Positions 13,866 to 27,125 of a stretch of DNA of 64,000 nt are shown one piece after another. Origin of the DNA: Camelus dromedarius (lineage: Eukaryota). Position numbers and translations under genes: made by a program. The stretch is from contig NC_087472.1 of NCBI RefSeq assembly GCF_036321535.1, positions 100,938,001-101,002,000 of the forward strand. The letters are read 5' to 3'. A model generated the notes under the pieces. The model did not search any database, was not told the origin of the DNA, and saw only the letters and a list, made by a program, of their open reading frames with translations. The first letter of the stretch is position 1, and each line of letters starts with the position of its first letter.

Positions 13866-16249
13866 AGTAAAGATAATACTTTCCTGCTCCATGACTTCAT
13901 CAAGCAATTCTCTTCTCCTGGTGTATACAACCACCGCAACTGAAATTTTTTCAAGATTGACCTCATACCCTGACCCCACTACATGAAGCCATACACGAGT
14001 GCCTTCCCCTCTCTGCAACACAAATAAGATGTGATATGTATGCTGTGATACAGAAGCCCCACAGCACTTTATTTGTAATTCTAGTGACAATATATTTGGC
14101 CTTGTATCATTATACATGTCTCCATATCGATTAGACTAGGATTATGAGGTTAGAAGACTCATTCTTTTTGGTCTTGGACATGGAGATGCCCAGGACAGAA
14201 CCTTGCAGGTACCAAGAACTCAGTTTGAAACTTGCTGAATTTAACTAGTAGCATTTCAAATTGTTCTTTATTCTGCTACACACTTCACAGTATAAGCCCT
14301 CAAACAGTAGTGATATCAATGACATGCAAAGAACACAAGTTCCCACAGCAAAAGGCAATAGGAACACAGCATTCAACATAATCAAGTTACAGGGCAGGAA
14401 CCAAAAGGAAGAGGATGAAGGAAGAGGGAGAAGGAAAAAGAGGAAGGAGGAAGAAGGAAAAGGAAGAAGGCTAAAGCCTGGGAAGGAAAATGCACTTTAT
14501 AATGGAGACGATCCAGTAACTGTGCTTTCTAGGCCTCTCCTCCCTGGAGGTGAGCAGCCTGTGGACAACCACTCTATAACGGGTCAGCTACAACAGCATC
14601 GAGCACAAAGAGAGGCGTTCAATAAACATGGTCTCAATGAAGTGCCAGATTAAGTGTTCCCCTCCCCCCCTCACTGGTAATCTAAGAACAAGGGGCTGGA
14701 TCCGTAATATTTCTATTTCCAGCACCTATACAGTACTTAGAATATAACACTCAATATTTGTTTTTTTAATTGGCATGAAAGTGGAAATAATGGTGTGGCT
14801 ATGAATATTTTGAAGGCAGAAGCAGCAGAACTTGCTAACCAGAATGTGGAATTAAGGGAAGAACACCAGTAATGTGAACAGAAAAAGGAAAGTTTGGAAG
14901 AGGAGATGAGTTTGGTGAAAGAAGCTAAATTTAAAAGAAAGATACGTGGCACTTTTTTACTTACAAAACTATATACTACATATTTTAAGAAATGTAAAGA
15001 TGAAAATTGCTCTCAGAAGTTACAGTCCAGTAGAGTTAACTACAGTGCAAAAAGAGAGCGAGCGATAAATGCTGTAAGAGGGACACTGATGAAGTGCTGT
15101 GCATGTGGAGGAGAGAGAAAAGCGTGTTTCCAGAAGTTCAGGGTTAGGGTTAAAACAATAAAGCATTACACCAAGGACAGAAAGAGAAGGTGACCAAAGG
15201 TAGAACGTTAAAGAAAACAAATACACTGCAGAGGAAGAAGGCTGGAAATGGGAGTAGGAGTGTGTGGCAGAAAAGAAGGGAAGAACTTGAAGGAGATCCA
15301 GACTATCAAATGCCATTAAGCTGTAAATACATGCCGAAAAGCCCTAATTATTGTTACCATCCAAGTCCAGTTCAGGTCCTATCCACTCTCACACGGTGCA
15401 GATCCCTCCAGGCATTAATTAATTTTGCCTCTCCATATATTCCCATTGTGCTATTAGGATACATGTTCACAGACAAGAACCACGTATTATTAAACTCAGT
15501 ACTTTTGGAGACATAACACAGTATCTTGGACATATGGAATACGATACACTCAGTTGAGTATAATTATACTAAAATATTTTCTGGACTTTATTTATAGATA
15601 ATGATGGCTTCTTTCCTTACAGCTCATCAATGAAAACTACACCTCAGCAAGACTGGGTTGCGCCATCTGTTTAAATGGCCAGAACTTCTCTTTCATTCAA
15701 TTTGTTGGGCACCAACTATGAGACATAGTGTACAAAAGCTCCTTGGAGGAAGAGCTCATTGAAGAAGCGAACAGGTAGGTGAATTAACTACATATGAGAA
15801 ATGCAAAAAGGTATATGCAAGGTGCTCTACATGCCCAGAAGAGGTAGAAACTACCTAGGTCTGGGAGAAGGAAGAAAGTACTTGGGGAAAAGGCTTCACA
15901 GACATCTTATTTGAACAGTGATTTTCTCCAGGCACTCTGAGTAACTCAGTTATCTGTTATATTGTTTAAAAAAAAAAAAAAAGCATGTTATTCATGGAAA
16001 GTGGACTTTTTGAAAAGTATAAAATGGATTTTAAAAATCCATTTGCACTGTGTACTCAAGCCCTATTGGCCACCAGCATGTCACTTAACAGATCTAACAG
16101 TTACCAACTCCTCATTACTTCTGTAAAACAGACCAGCTGATGCCAACAGTACAAAAGTTTTTGGCTAATAGGTAACTGTTTAGTTAACTTGATACTTCTG
16201 CTCCCTTAAATTGAGCTGCATGCCCATCATCCACAAGTCACTTGCATCT

Positions 16250-16760
16250 CTTCCCAAAAACTATTTGTCAACTCCTCTTGTAAAAGCCATTACATGGTTT
16301 TCAACTAAACAGTATGTAAACCAATTAAAAGAAAATGACAGTTCAGTGAAAATTAGGTTGGATGCTATGGCAAGATTCAATAACTGATGAGTCACTTTAA
16401 AAATGTGGCTGCCAAATTAGATCTGAATTAGATAATGTTAAAAAGACGAAAAATCTGTTAAAATTCACAACTCTGCACTAAATGGTTTCATAAATTGTCC
16501 AAATTACTGCTCCACTTTCAAGAAATCAAAACTGGACCTACTGCACAGATAGGATGAATTTACAAGAAAACAACACTGAACTTCTGTCAGCTGATCCATA
16601 CTCAAAAAAAGGCCTTGGCCCTACCTCAAAATACTAGCAAGGAAAATGCTTTATGGCAAAATATTTCTGTTGTATGTGCATTCTTATTACTCTGAATATC
16701 AGTAATTTTTAAAATTAGCTTTCCAATTATTGACTCCAATCCGTCAAATAAGGGGGTTTC
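16250..16760 (+). mobile_element. Ancient Tigger-type DNA transposon remnant
   Basis: Degraded transposase-N-terminus-like text (gtgaaaattaggttggatgct...aagaaatcaaaactgg...catactcaaaaaaaggccttggcc); boundaries approximate. Confidence 0.45.
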
Positions 16761-17113
16761 CACCAGAAACAACCTGCTAACACTTACTCACATCTCTGCA
16801 CTAAGGCCACCTCCTTCAGAAATCCCCCAGAGTGTTAACTGCCTCTTCAAAATAGCCTCAAATGGTGCTAGACTGCTATTGATTTTAATGTCAAACCATT
16901 TTTACAAACCAAATTCATTCATTCAAAAAATGGATAATAAACATTCTAATAGTTTTTCTTCTGATCTTGATGCTCAAAAAGTAAAACATAATGACCTCAG
17001 TAGATCACTGCAAAACTAGATCTTTTCAAAGATAACATGTGAGAGAAATGATAGTTGTCCAAAAGGATCCATGAAAATCCAAGGTAAACAATTTAAGGAA
17101 AGAGTATTTCTAC

Positions 17114-17153
17114 CGTGGTGCAGAAGCAGGAAATAAGTCAACATATTTGAAAA
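17114..17153 (-). other. Candidate 40-nt internal exon of the minus-strand gene
   Basis: Minus strand: tatttatattttcctctttAG|TTTTCAAATATG...GCACCACG|GTAGAA; strong pyrimidine tract, weak donor, non-repeat context. Confidence 0.35.
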
Positions 17154-18359
17154 CTAAAGAGGAAAATATAAATACGAACCAATGTTAACAAAAATCCAGA
17201 TATCACAAACGTTAGATTGGTTCTGAAGAGGAAAATATTTGCAACTTGATTTTAACATTAATGATACATCAACTAATCACCCACTGCCACATTTTACCAT
17301 GTATAAAGGAATCGTTCATGAAACCAGGAAGTACACAATAATATTTGCTCTTAGCGTTAAATTAACGAAACAAGGAGGCCACTAAACAGAGGTAGCTCTT
17401 GGTGGCATCCATAGGGAAACCAAAATCTATCAAAACCTAAGGACAACCAATCACAAACAGCCAACTAGGCTTTAAACTACAGGCAATCATATAATTTCTT
17501 TTCTTGGCCACCACATCTTCCACAAATAAAACTTTTCCCTAGCTCCTGTCGGCCAAGCACTCCTAATCACTTCCAGTTTGGCACCGTCCAGGTTCAAGTC
17601 GATTTTTTTCTCTCAAAAATTTTAATACACTTCAGTTTATGTTTTAACAGCATCTTATAACTCAATTGTGAAAACTGGAATACATGAAAATTTTGTGCCC
17701 AGAGTTTAGAGTAATATAAATTTCCAATAAACTTACTGGTTTCATTAAGAGTTAAACATTTCAAGATCCTAGTTAATACATCAAGACAATAGGCAAGATA
17801 AGACAATTCAGATTTATGATTACCAAATGAACTATACAAATCACAATGGCTATAAAACTTCAAAGAGTGCTCATTTTAGGGTGGGGAGACCTTTACACAG
17901 GAAAGAGGATCTGAACTAGGTCTCGAAAAATGGGTGGGGTTACAGTTCAGTTGTGTGAGCAAAACATGGGGGGGGGCATATTTCAGCAAAATTGGGCTAA
18001 AAAACACTTGAGGATTATTATAAATAATGAAGATAATAATATATAATTTGCAAAGTGCTTTCATGTTTACCACTTCACTATTCCAACAATCCAGTAAATT
18101 AATTCACATTCCAGAGAATCATACACTTGAGATAGAAAAAGGATATTTGGTTAAAACTCCACATTCTAAAAGAGAAAAAAACCTGAGTACAGTTAGATTA
18201 CATAGGTTTTTTAAAACAAAGCTAAGAAACTTGGATTTCAGCCTGTAAATTTATTACAAATTACAGCTTTTTTTTTTTTTACGACTTAACAATGAAAAAA
18301 ACTACTTGAACTAGAATACTGGCAAATACAATTCAAGGAAAGTGGACATTTATCATGCA

Positions 18360-19030
18360 TTAATTCATTCATTCCACAAATATTTACTGAATAAGTACTC
18401 TATGTCAGTTGCTCTACAGGATGTTAGCAATACAGTAGTGAATAAAACAGACCAGACCCTGCTCTCATGGAGCTTGAAATCATAAGAAAAACAAAAGCTT
18501 CCAGTAGAACAAAACATTTCAAATAAAATCTGGTGGCATACTGGGTTTTGAAATGTGGTAAAATAATAACAGCTAAAACACAATAGCACTTTGTGCTAAG
18601 CACTGATCTAGTTGCTTTAAATTAACATATTTAATCCTCACAAGAATACTTTATGATCCTTTTCTATCAGAAACTTCGTTTTACCAATAAGGAGACTAAG
18701 AGAAATTAGTCCCCTAGCCAGTAAGTGGCAGAACTGGGATTCAAACCCAGGCAGTCAGGTTCCAGAATCCCCATACTTAAGCCACTATGCTGTATCGTTA
18801 ACAGATAAGCCACACAGCTGGAAATAGTGCTTTAGGGGCACTTCCATACACTGGGCATGATGCTAAGTATTCTTACATATATTATAACCCTAATATTTTT
18901 AAAAGATAAGAAAACAGTCCAGGAGTTATTAAATACCTTGTCCCTGGTCACACAGCAAATAAGTGTCCAGGCCAGAATCAAACCAAGGTTTTTTCCAATC
19001 CCCAAAGGAATAGTTTTACCTATGACATTA
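18360..19030. mobile_element. L2 3' end plus two MIR fragments
   Basis: attcattcattccacaaatatttactga (L2 tail); ttaatcctcacaa...gtaagtggcagaactgggattcaaacccaggcagtc (MIR). Confidence 0.75.
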
Positions 19031-20707
19031 TTTTATAAGACAATAGATGTTTGTAAGCCTCACTGAAAGCATCTTGAGGAGAAAAATGGAGTGGGAAAAC
19101 CAAAAATGTGATGAACAGATCTAACTACTCATAAAATTTGTAAAAACAAATGAATTTAGCAAGCTTAAGACTAAATGGAGTGTTCCAAGGCAGAGTGAAG
19201 GAGATGTGTTAATACTGCTCTCTGCACTAAGTCCATGATGTCCCACCACCAACCCCTTCTGGGGTCTTATCATTTTTACTATGAACACTTATTTCACTAC
19301 ACAAGCCACCAACTATAAAAAGCTAAATACAGAGCAAACTCCGAGATGTTAATCACTTATTCCATTAAAGTTTGTATATTTGCTAGTTCATCCATTAAAA
19401 ACTTTCCCCCTCAAATCTCCACAGCCTAATTATAATTGCTAATTCTTCCTTCTTTACTAAAGATTATATGAAAAACCTATTAACAGCAGAGTTATCCTCA
19501 GAGTGCAACAAATCGGGCCATTTTCCCTGGCCCCAAACTTGGGAAACCCTTTGCAGCTGTGTTACAGGAACCAGAAAGATGGTCTTGCAAAGCATCAGCA
19601 CCAGGGCAAAAAATTAAATTGGCAAATACAATCAGCATGAGCACAAAAATCTCCTCCTCTCAAAGCCTTTTTTCATTTTGACTAAAACAGTGTAGCATTT
19701 GTCTTCCAACCTCCAACGTCTTCTGTACCAACCACTGAATTTTATAAAGCTTATTTAACCACTTTCACAGCATAAAATATAAAAGAGGGGAAAGTAAAAC
19801 AGTAAGAAGCAGAAATGTGATTTAGGAGTGGGCTTAACATACCATTTAATAAAAGATGATTCATTGCATTCAACAAATATTTATTCAGCACCTACTGAGG
19901 CTGGAAATACAATGGTTAGCATTCTTCTACATCCCAATATAGCCTATTTTCACCCCAGCCAGAAGCTGGGCAGATCACCCTTCAAGGCCCCTATCTATAA
20001 AATTGAGCTAATAACTACTCTCATAGAAAGGTAATGAATTAAATGTGGCACACCAACCTTTAAAGTGGTCTGTGCTCAAATAAAATAACACAGTTTAAAG
20101 ACTGAAAGGTTTTCAGAACAGCATGTTAAAAAAAAAAAGCCTAGAAAAGATATATATAGTAAGCTAATGTTTATCCCTGGACAGGAAGCAGCCTTAAACA
20201 TCTCTGTATCCCTCAAGGCATTTGGCATACTGCCCTTCACTTAACAAGGGTTCAGTAAACACATGTGATTATTTTTTTCTTTCCCTCTCACTCAGGTATG
20301 TTGTACTGCAGTTATTTTAATAATCTGGCAAAGGAGAAAGAATGCACAAAAGGAACTAATATTTACTGCTGCCTGTTTTGTATCAAGTACTGTGTTGGGC
20401 ACTTCATCTATGTTATCTCATTTAATTTTCACAGCCACCTTGTGAAGTATTAATAACCATAAAACCAGGAGTGGATTTTCATTTTCCAAAAATCAGATCA
20501 TAATAAATCCAGACTAAAAAAAAATAAGCAATGGACCTTACATTTGGCAGCATTTGCTCATTGCATGTTAAAGGGAAAGAATGAAGTGAACCCTGTAAGA
20601 GTATTAAAAAAAAAAAACTTTGTTAACATGACAAGGAAATATACACAGAAAAATACAAATGACCAACAAAAATTTTTTTACAAATATTCAACCTTACAAG
20701 CAATTTT

Positions 20708-20954
20708 TTTAAGTTTTTATTGAAGTGTAGTTGATTTACAATGTTAGTTTCAGGTGTACAGCAAAGTGATTCAGCTATATATATACATACATATAAATAT
20801 TTTCTTTTCAGATTCTTTTCCATTATGTTATTACAAGAAACTGAATATAGTTCCCTGTGCTATACAGTAGGTCTTTGTGTATCTATTTTATATACAGTAA
20901 TGTGTGTCTGTTAATCCCCAACCCCTAATTTACCCCTCCCTGCCCTTTCCCCTT
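20708..20954 (-). mobile_element. Short LINE-1 3' end
   Basis: Reverse L1 3'UTR; TSD aaccttacaag(c/t)aatttt starting at 20690 and 20955. Confidence 0.9.
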
Positions 20955-21899
20955 AACCTTACAAGTAATTTTTTTAATCTAAGAAAAAACAATAATGCTG
21001 ACAAGAATGGCCAAAATAATAAACATTTTAACTGGCAACTTTCCCTTTAGGCAAAGCAGCAGTGTTTCCTCTACACCGTTCACAGGTGTGGCACATTCCC
21101 ATCAGTGTCACCTATTATCACCCCCAGTGGTACTCAAGGGGGATATGAGACTAGTGCCCTAAGAAAATGATCAAAGATGTACACAAGGATTCACTTGAAA
21201 AGACATTCTTTGCCCTGATGGCTACAATAGAGAAAAAGGAGAAGCTGCATGGGACACAGGACACTAGTTCTACATTAAAATGGTTGACCAAACAACACAC
21301 ATATGTAACTTTCCTCCCACACTAAAACCCACTGCAAAAAGCAAAAGAAATATAAAAGTAAACCTGGAGCAGCCTTGGGAATGTAGGAGGTGCTCCCAGA
21401 AGACAGATCAGCAAGGAATTCCAAGGAGCTGTGAAGCAGGTTAAGATTGAATGGATGGCAAAACTCAACAGAGCTAAAGAACCCACAACTTCATGTAGGT
21501 GAATAAAAGAGATAACCCCAAAAGATATATTTTCCAAAAGAACCCTTGAAAGATAATAAAACTACAGGTAGTAGGGACTAAAAAAAGAAATGGCTTAATA
21601 GTAAACCACATAATTGAGCTATGAAATACCTTCACCTCTGTCCACTCCCTACCCTCTTTCAGCAGGACTGATGCCAGCATCTACCCAGTCCTGGCTCTAC
21701 AAAATGATGGCTCTGACAAGGAATACTTCTGAATAACACTGAGGCCAGAGAAGTGGGGGAAAGGTGTCAATAAACTGTAGCTTCCATGAGGAATAGGGAG
21801 TCCCACCACCCAGAGAGCTAGCGACCCACACTCTACAGTAAACACTGTGTTCCATGCAGAGGAGACAGCATAAGCAAAGACACCATATTTCAAACAGAA

Positions 21900-22900
21900 T
21901 TTGGGGAATTCTACATGCTGGAGAGCACAGTGTTTGAGACAAACAGGGAAAAGATGTGAGGCTGGAGAGGTAGGCAGGCAGAGAACATACCAAGGAGAGC
22001 CTCATCGATGAACCAAATAAAGGAATTCAGACTTCCTCCTTTCTCCTTCTGTCAGCAAGAGAGCACCACTGCAGGCTTTTAAGCAGATCCGTTCTATGAT
22101 CAAAATCACATTTTATATCACACTACCAACTGTAGATAGTATGTCTGAGTTGGATAAGACCCAACTATCTACCTTAGGAGCCTGGATGGATGGTGGACCA
22201 TTAAGAGATTTTTTTTTTTCAATTAAGGAGGAAGAGCAAGTTTGAGGAAAGTATGCTGTACTTCATATTAGACATGCTAAGTATAAGGTTCCTACAAAAC
22301 AGTCAGGTGTACATTTCCAGCAGGTTATTAAGAATAAGTGTGAAAGCTTGTCGGGAAAAGTTGGGAAAGAATTTAGAAATTTAGAAAAACATCTGCATGT
22401 ATGCAGAACTGAAATACTGGGTGTAACTGAGACAATGACCTAGGAAAACAGCTGGCCAAGAAGTAAAACCCAGGTGACAGCAGCATGTAAGGAGTGAGTG
22501 GACTGAGAAAAGCCCACAGATGATGCACAGAAAGAAATGCATGAGAAGGACATGGAGAACAAGGGTGCCAAGGAAACACAGTGCTTCAAGGAGATAGTGA
22601 CTAACAGTGTCAGGTGAAACAGAAATGTCAAGTAAAATTAGGACTGAATGAATCTACTAAACACAACATACAAGAGGTCACAGGCAATCTCAGCAAAAAC
22701 AGTTAAGTAGTATGAGAATGAGAAGTCAGAGATCAAGAGTGAAGTGTGAGAAGTAGATACACTATGTACACTATGTATAGACCACTCAGATGTTTAGATG
22801 AGAAGGGGAAAAGGAGGTTAGGCAGCTAGGAGAGGAGTGGACAGTTAGTTCAGGGAAGGTTTTCTAGGACAAGAACCTTAGGAATAAGAAAATGGGCAGA
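21900..22900 (-). mobile_element. L2 fragment(s)
   Basis: Purine-rich gcaggcttttaagcag, ttagacatgctaagt, aagtaaaattaggactga motifs typical of antisense L2. Confidence 0.55.
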
Positions 22901-22940
22901 TAAAAGCAAAGGAAACAAAAGAGAGACTCTAAGGATAGAG

Positions 22941-23163
22941 CAAGGTCACTGAACCTCAGCACTACTGACATTTTGGACCAGGTCATTTTTTGCTGTCAGG
23001 GGCTGTGCTGTGCATTGTAAAGTGTTTAGCAGCACCCCTGGCCTCTACCCACCAGGAGCCAGTAGCATATACACCATTGCCCCAGTTATGACAAAGAAAA
23101 ATGTTTCCAGACATTGCTAAGTGTCCTGTTGGGGGCAAAACTGCCCCTAGTTGAGAACTAGTG
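22941..23163 (+). mobile_element. MER20 (hAT)
   Basis: aacctcagcactactgacattttggaccag...ccagacattgctaagtgtcc...ctagttgagaac; near-identical 8-bp flanks ggatagag / ggatacag. Confidence 0.9.
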
Positions 23164-24329
23164 GATACAGGATAGGGAGGAAGAAGGGGAATAAATAACT
23201 GATGAAAAAAGACTTCCAAAGCAGCAGCACTGATGCTAAAGGCACCGGGCAAGGAACTGGCCTCAAACAGCAGCAGAAGCACCTCGTCCTTGAGACAGGG
23301 GAAAGGGCAGCTCTGGGGAGAAAGGGACTGATGGTGCCAGAAGCTGGAAAAAATCAGCCAGAAGGCCCTTAATATTCTCAATGGAGTGGAGGCAAGATTG
23401 TGTGCTGAGTATGCGTGGTGATGACCTAGAGGCAGGCTTGAGAACAGTGGCTAGGGTTTGTAACAAGGACTGGTCCTAGCAGGTCACCCCAGTGAAGACC
23501 AACTGAGGCTGGAAACCACATACTCCCTTCTCTCACTGAGAATGTTAAAATGCACCTCACCACAGAAATCACCTACGTACTGATTACAGTCCCAAAGAGC
23601 TCACAAGTCTATATGAATTTCAAACTGCATCATGAAAAGACTAGACTCCTGAGAGGTACCCAGGAAACTAACCCATTTTTTAAAAACAACATGGTTCTTA
23701 TCAGATAATAGGAACTGTGTTCAACAAAACTGACATCTAAATGAACTTTTGGTAAATAATCTGTTCAAGTTAGAGGATGCCTGTGGTTGCAACTACTTCC
23801 TGGTTCTTAACTGGATGAACTACTTCCTGATCAACAGTCAGGAAGACTAGAATAAAAGGAGTTGTTGCAAAGACAAGAGCTTATTAAATGAGATTCTTCA
23901 CAAGACAAAGGATCTACTCACTCCTGCCCTCTAAACCAAGGGCTGCAAACTCAGATGATTATGAGACCAGGAAACTGGAGATACCTCAAGTCTGTGCATG
24001 AGAAAGAAGCCAAAAGTGAACCACCAACAGAAAGCTATGAGATACAAAGAGTTGTCCTTGGGTGAATAAGAAAAAAGAAAAGCTACACACTGCAGCCCAG
24101 GGCTTTGAGCAGGAGTGACCAAAATGACCAAAGCAAAAGGGAAAATCCAAGTCTTTGCTCTACCGCAGATATGAAGTCCAAATTCACATCATTCTCCAGA
24201 TGTCAGAAATCCATCATCTGCGAATAGATCAAAACTCTCCATGAGCAGTGAATCCAAGGGTCCATCAGAGACAAATGCTACCCAAAAGAGTATCCCACAA
24301 CCCAAGTACAGGCCATTCCCAAACTGTCA

Positions 24330-25510
24330 CACGTTGCAAACCACACAAAGAAACAAGTAAAACTTGGAAGCAAGACAAATGGGAGATTTCATTACTCAAG
24401 AACAACAGCTAAGAAAACAATCCAAAGAAGACAAACATAACTATATTTTTAAATGTCCAAAGAAAAGACAAGAAAATGTCCTCGTGAAAATTAAAAAGCA
24501 GATTTGAAAGAAAACACATTTTTACATTTAAAACATAGTCAAATGTTTTCAGTGAAAATTCTCCAAAAATGGATTAACCAAAAGATCAGACACAGCTAAA
24601 CAGAAATTAGTGAACTGTAAGATAGGAGTCAGGAAATTACCCAGAAGTAAAAATGGAAAATATTTTTTAAAATTTAAGCAACAAGGAGGACACAATGAAA
24701 TACTCCAACATATATCTAAATAATCGTTCCAGAAATGGAAAATCAAGAAGCATTATTTAAAAAGATAACATAACAGCTCAAATTTTTTCCACATCTGAAG
24801 GTGTCAAGAGTCTTCAGCCTCATGGTTTACACCAAATAAAAAGCAGGATACATAAAAACAAATCTACATCTAGTGATATCACAAAGAAACTGCAAAAGAT
24901 CAAAAAGAAGACAAAAAATCTTAAAGGTAGCCTAAGAGAAAAGATAATTACTTACCTACAAAGAAATCACACCTGAACTGACTAAAGGATTCGTTAACAA
25001 ACAAGACCTGTCAAAATGCAGAACAAAGGAGTTCTCAGGGCTGCCAACCTTCCAGTAGAGGTTGAGTAATAGTATAGGTCTCCTACATTAAAAAAAAAAA
25101 AAAAACCGCAGAACATTATCAATGTGCTGAGGGAAAATAACTGTCAATGAACATAGATTCTAAACCTAGCTCAACAACCATTCAAGAGAAAAAATGAAGT
25201 AAAGACACTTGCAGAAACACCAAGACCAAGTTCACAACTAATAAGCCTTTAGTAAAAGAACTAAAAAACATTCTTTATAAAGACAGAAACTAAATTCAAA
25301 AGGAAGAAATGGGGTAAATAAAGAATGATGAGCAAAGAAATTTGGAAAACATGTTGATGAGTAAATATTCAATACTTTATAGGCATAAGGTGGATTCAAC
25401 AAGGCAAAACCAAAACATAAATAACGAAAATGGAAGAGCCTCTCTCTTATGTGGGAGGACAGATAATTAATCTCTGACTTAGTTAAATGAGCATGTTAAA
25501 ATTTTAAGGA
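24330..25510 (+). mobile_element. Ancient L1/HAL1 ORF1-like region
   Basis: A-rich degraded ORF1 motifs (aaattagtgaactgtaagatagg, aatgtgctgagggaaaataactgtcaa, gaagtaaagacactt). Confidence 0.6.
25022..25105 (+). pseudogene. SCARNA18: 5'-truncated retrocopy of an H/ACA RNA 3' hairpin (U109/SCARNA18-like)
   Basis: Stems aggag/ctcct and caacct/aggttg; ACA box 25085-25087; A16 tail 25090-25105; TSD core gcagaaca at 25018-25025 and 25108-25115; pocket CAGG/AGTAT complementary to the U1 5' end; aacaaaggagttctcagggctgccaacctt matches my recollection of SCARNA18. Confidence 0.85.
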
Positions 25511-25519
25511 TAACTAAAC

Positions 25520-27125
25520 TTCTGTCTTCCCCCCCGGAATAAGAAAGCTGGAAGGAACACAATGAAAAAGAGCTGGACTAATTTCAAATTCATGCCTTTT
25601 TTGAAATCCATCATAGAACAACCAGTTGACTCAAAATCTTCAGAGAGACAGGGCCTGCAAAGAGAGGAGACAACCTTGTGCTCACCTGCGGTAGACTGCA
25701 ACTGGCCACTGACAAGAGGAGTTCAGCTAGAATAAATGCAAATTGATAAAAATTGATGTGGCTCGCTGAAGAAACAGTGTGAAACCAATGGTGGTCACAG
25801 AAATTGAGGAGACACCAGCCTTCTACAGGATCTTCCTCCACCAACCCCACCAAGCACTCACCAAGAGGGAAGAGCCCTGAGGAGCCCATTGTGATGCAGA
25901 CCTGGGGGAAGGGAACTGCAGCTATGTACACCCAGATCATTCCCTCCCTATCTCTGCTAGAGGAAAAACCTTCATCTGTGAAAGGAAGGCCAGTATGTCC
26001 TTCTACCCTTAAAGCACTGGTGAAAACTCACTGCAGCTGGGGGAAGGGGTGGGTGCCCTACTCCAGGAGAGGGGCAGGATTACACACTGAGCCCACAATA
26101 GGTAGGGGAGGGGCAAGACCTTGGGATGTTGATGCAGGCCTAAACCTGAGGTTTAATCAGAACAAAAGACCACACCTCACCATCACTCCTCACCTCTAAG
26201 CTAACCTACTTCCAACAACAAGTAAACAGCAGAATAATACTGGCAGAGGGACAAGAGAAGACCAAGAGCATGTAAGGAGACTCTTTCTAAGTCACAGTCC
26301 TAAAGGAAGACCTGACACTCAGAATAAAAGAAACCAATTCCCACCCTAATCACAAGCTATCTCTATGAGAATCTGAAGCCTGAGGTACCTGAGGGTAACC
26401 ATAGCAACAACCAAACTTAAACCCAGCCCAACTCCAAACTAGATTAACTCAAATCCCTGAACTAAAGGCCAAGCACAAGGAAGGTGTGCCCATTTACAGA
26501 CACAAAAATTGTGCATGTCACTCTCTACTGTTCTACAAAATAAGTTAGGCTTGCAACAACAAAAAAAACCACAAGGCATAAGAAAAGGCAAAGAAAAAAC
26601 AACACTCAGAAAAGACAACACATCCAAACTAGACATAGAATCAGATGTTGGAAATACCATAGAATTCTCATTTTCATTAGAAAGTTTACATGCTTGGCCT
26701 TTAACCCAAAAGAAGAATATGCAGAACCAAATGGGTAACTCGGCAGAGAGATGGGAACTATAAGAAAGAACAAAATGAAAGTGCTAAAAATTAAAAACAC
26801 AGTTAAGAGAAATGAAGAATGCCTTCAATGGGCTCTTTAGTAGACTCAACTCAGCCAAGGAAAGAATTGGTAAACTTGAAGATAAGTCACTAGAAATTAC
26901 CTCAACCAAAAACACAGAGAAAACAGAATGAAAAACAAAAAACAAAACAGGACACTCAAGGTGTGGGACAATATCAAATATTCTAACATACTGATAATTG
27001 GAATCACAAAAACAGAAGAGAGAATGGGACAAAAGAAATATTTGAAGACATAATGATTGACAATATTCCAAAGTTAATATAAGACATCTAACACAAACCC
27101 CAAATGATCAGAGAATAGGAAGGAA
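25520..27125 (+). mobile_element. Old LINE-1 5'UTR plus ORF1 fragment
   Basis: GC-richer 5'UTR followed by ORF1 coiled-coil text (gaaatgaagaatgccttcaatgggctc...agtagactcaactcagccaaggaaagaattggtaaacttgaagataag). Confidence 0.8.

Noticed and set aside
14261..15516. Lys/Arg/Glu-rich ORFs
   Set aside because: They arise from purine-rich low-complexity and decayed LINE sequence; no splice or homology support.
15659..15680. gcgccatctgtt as a CTCF/YY1 site
   Set aside because: Only a partial match, single and without supporting context.
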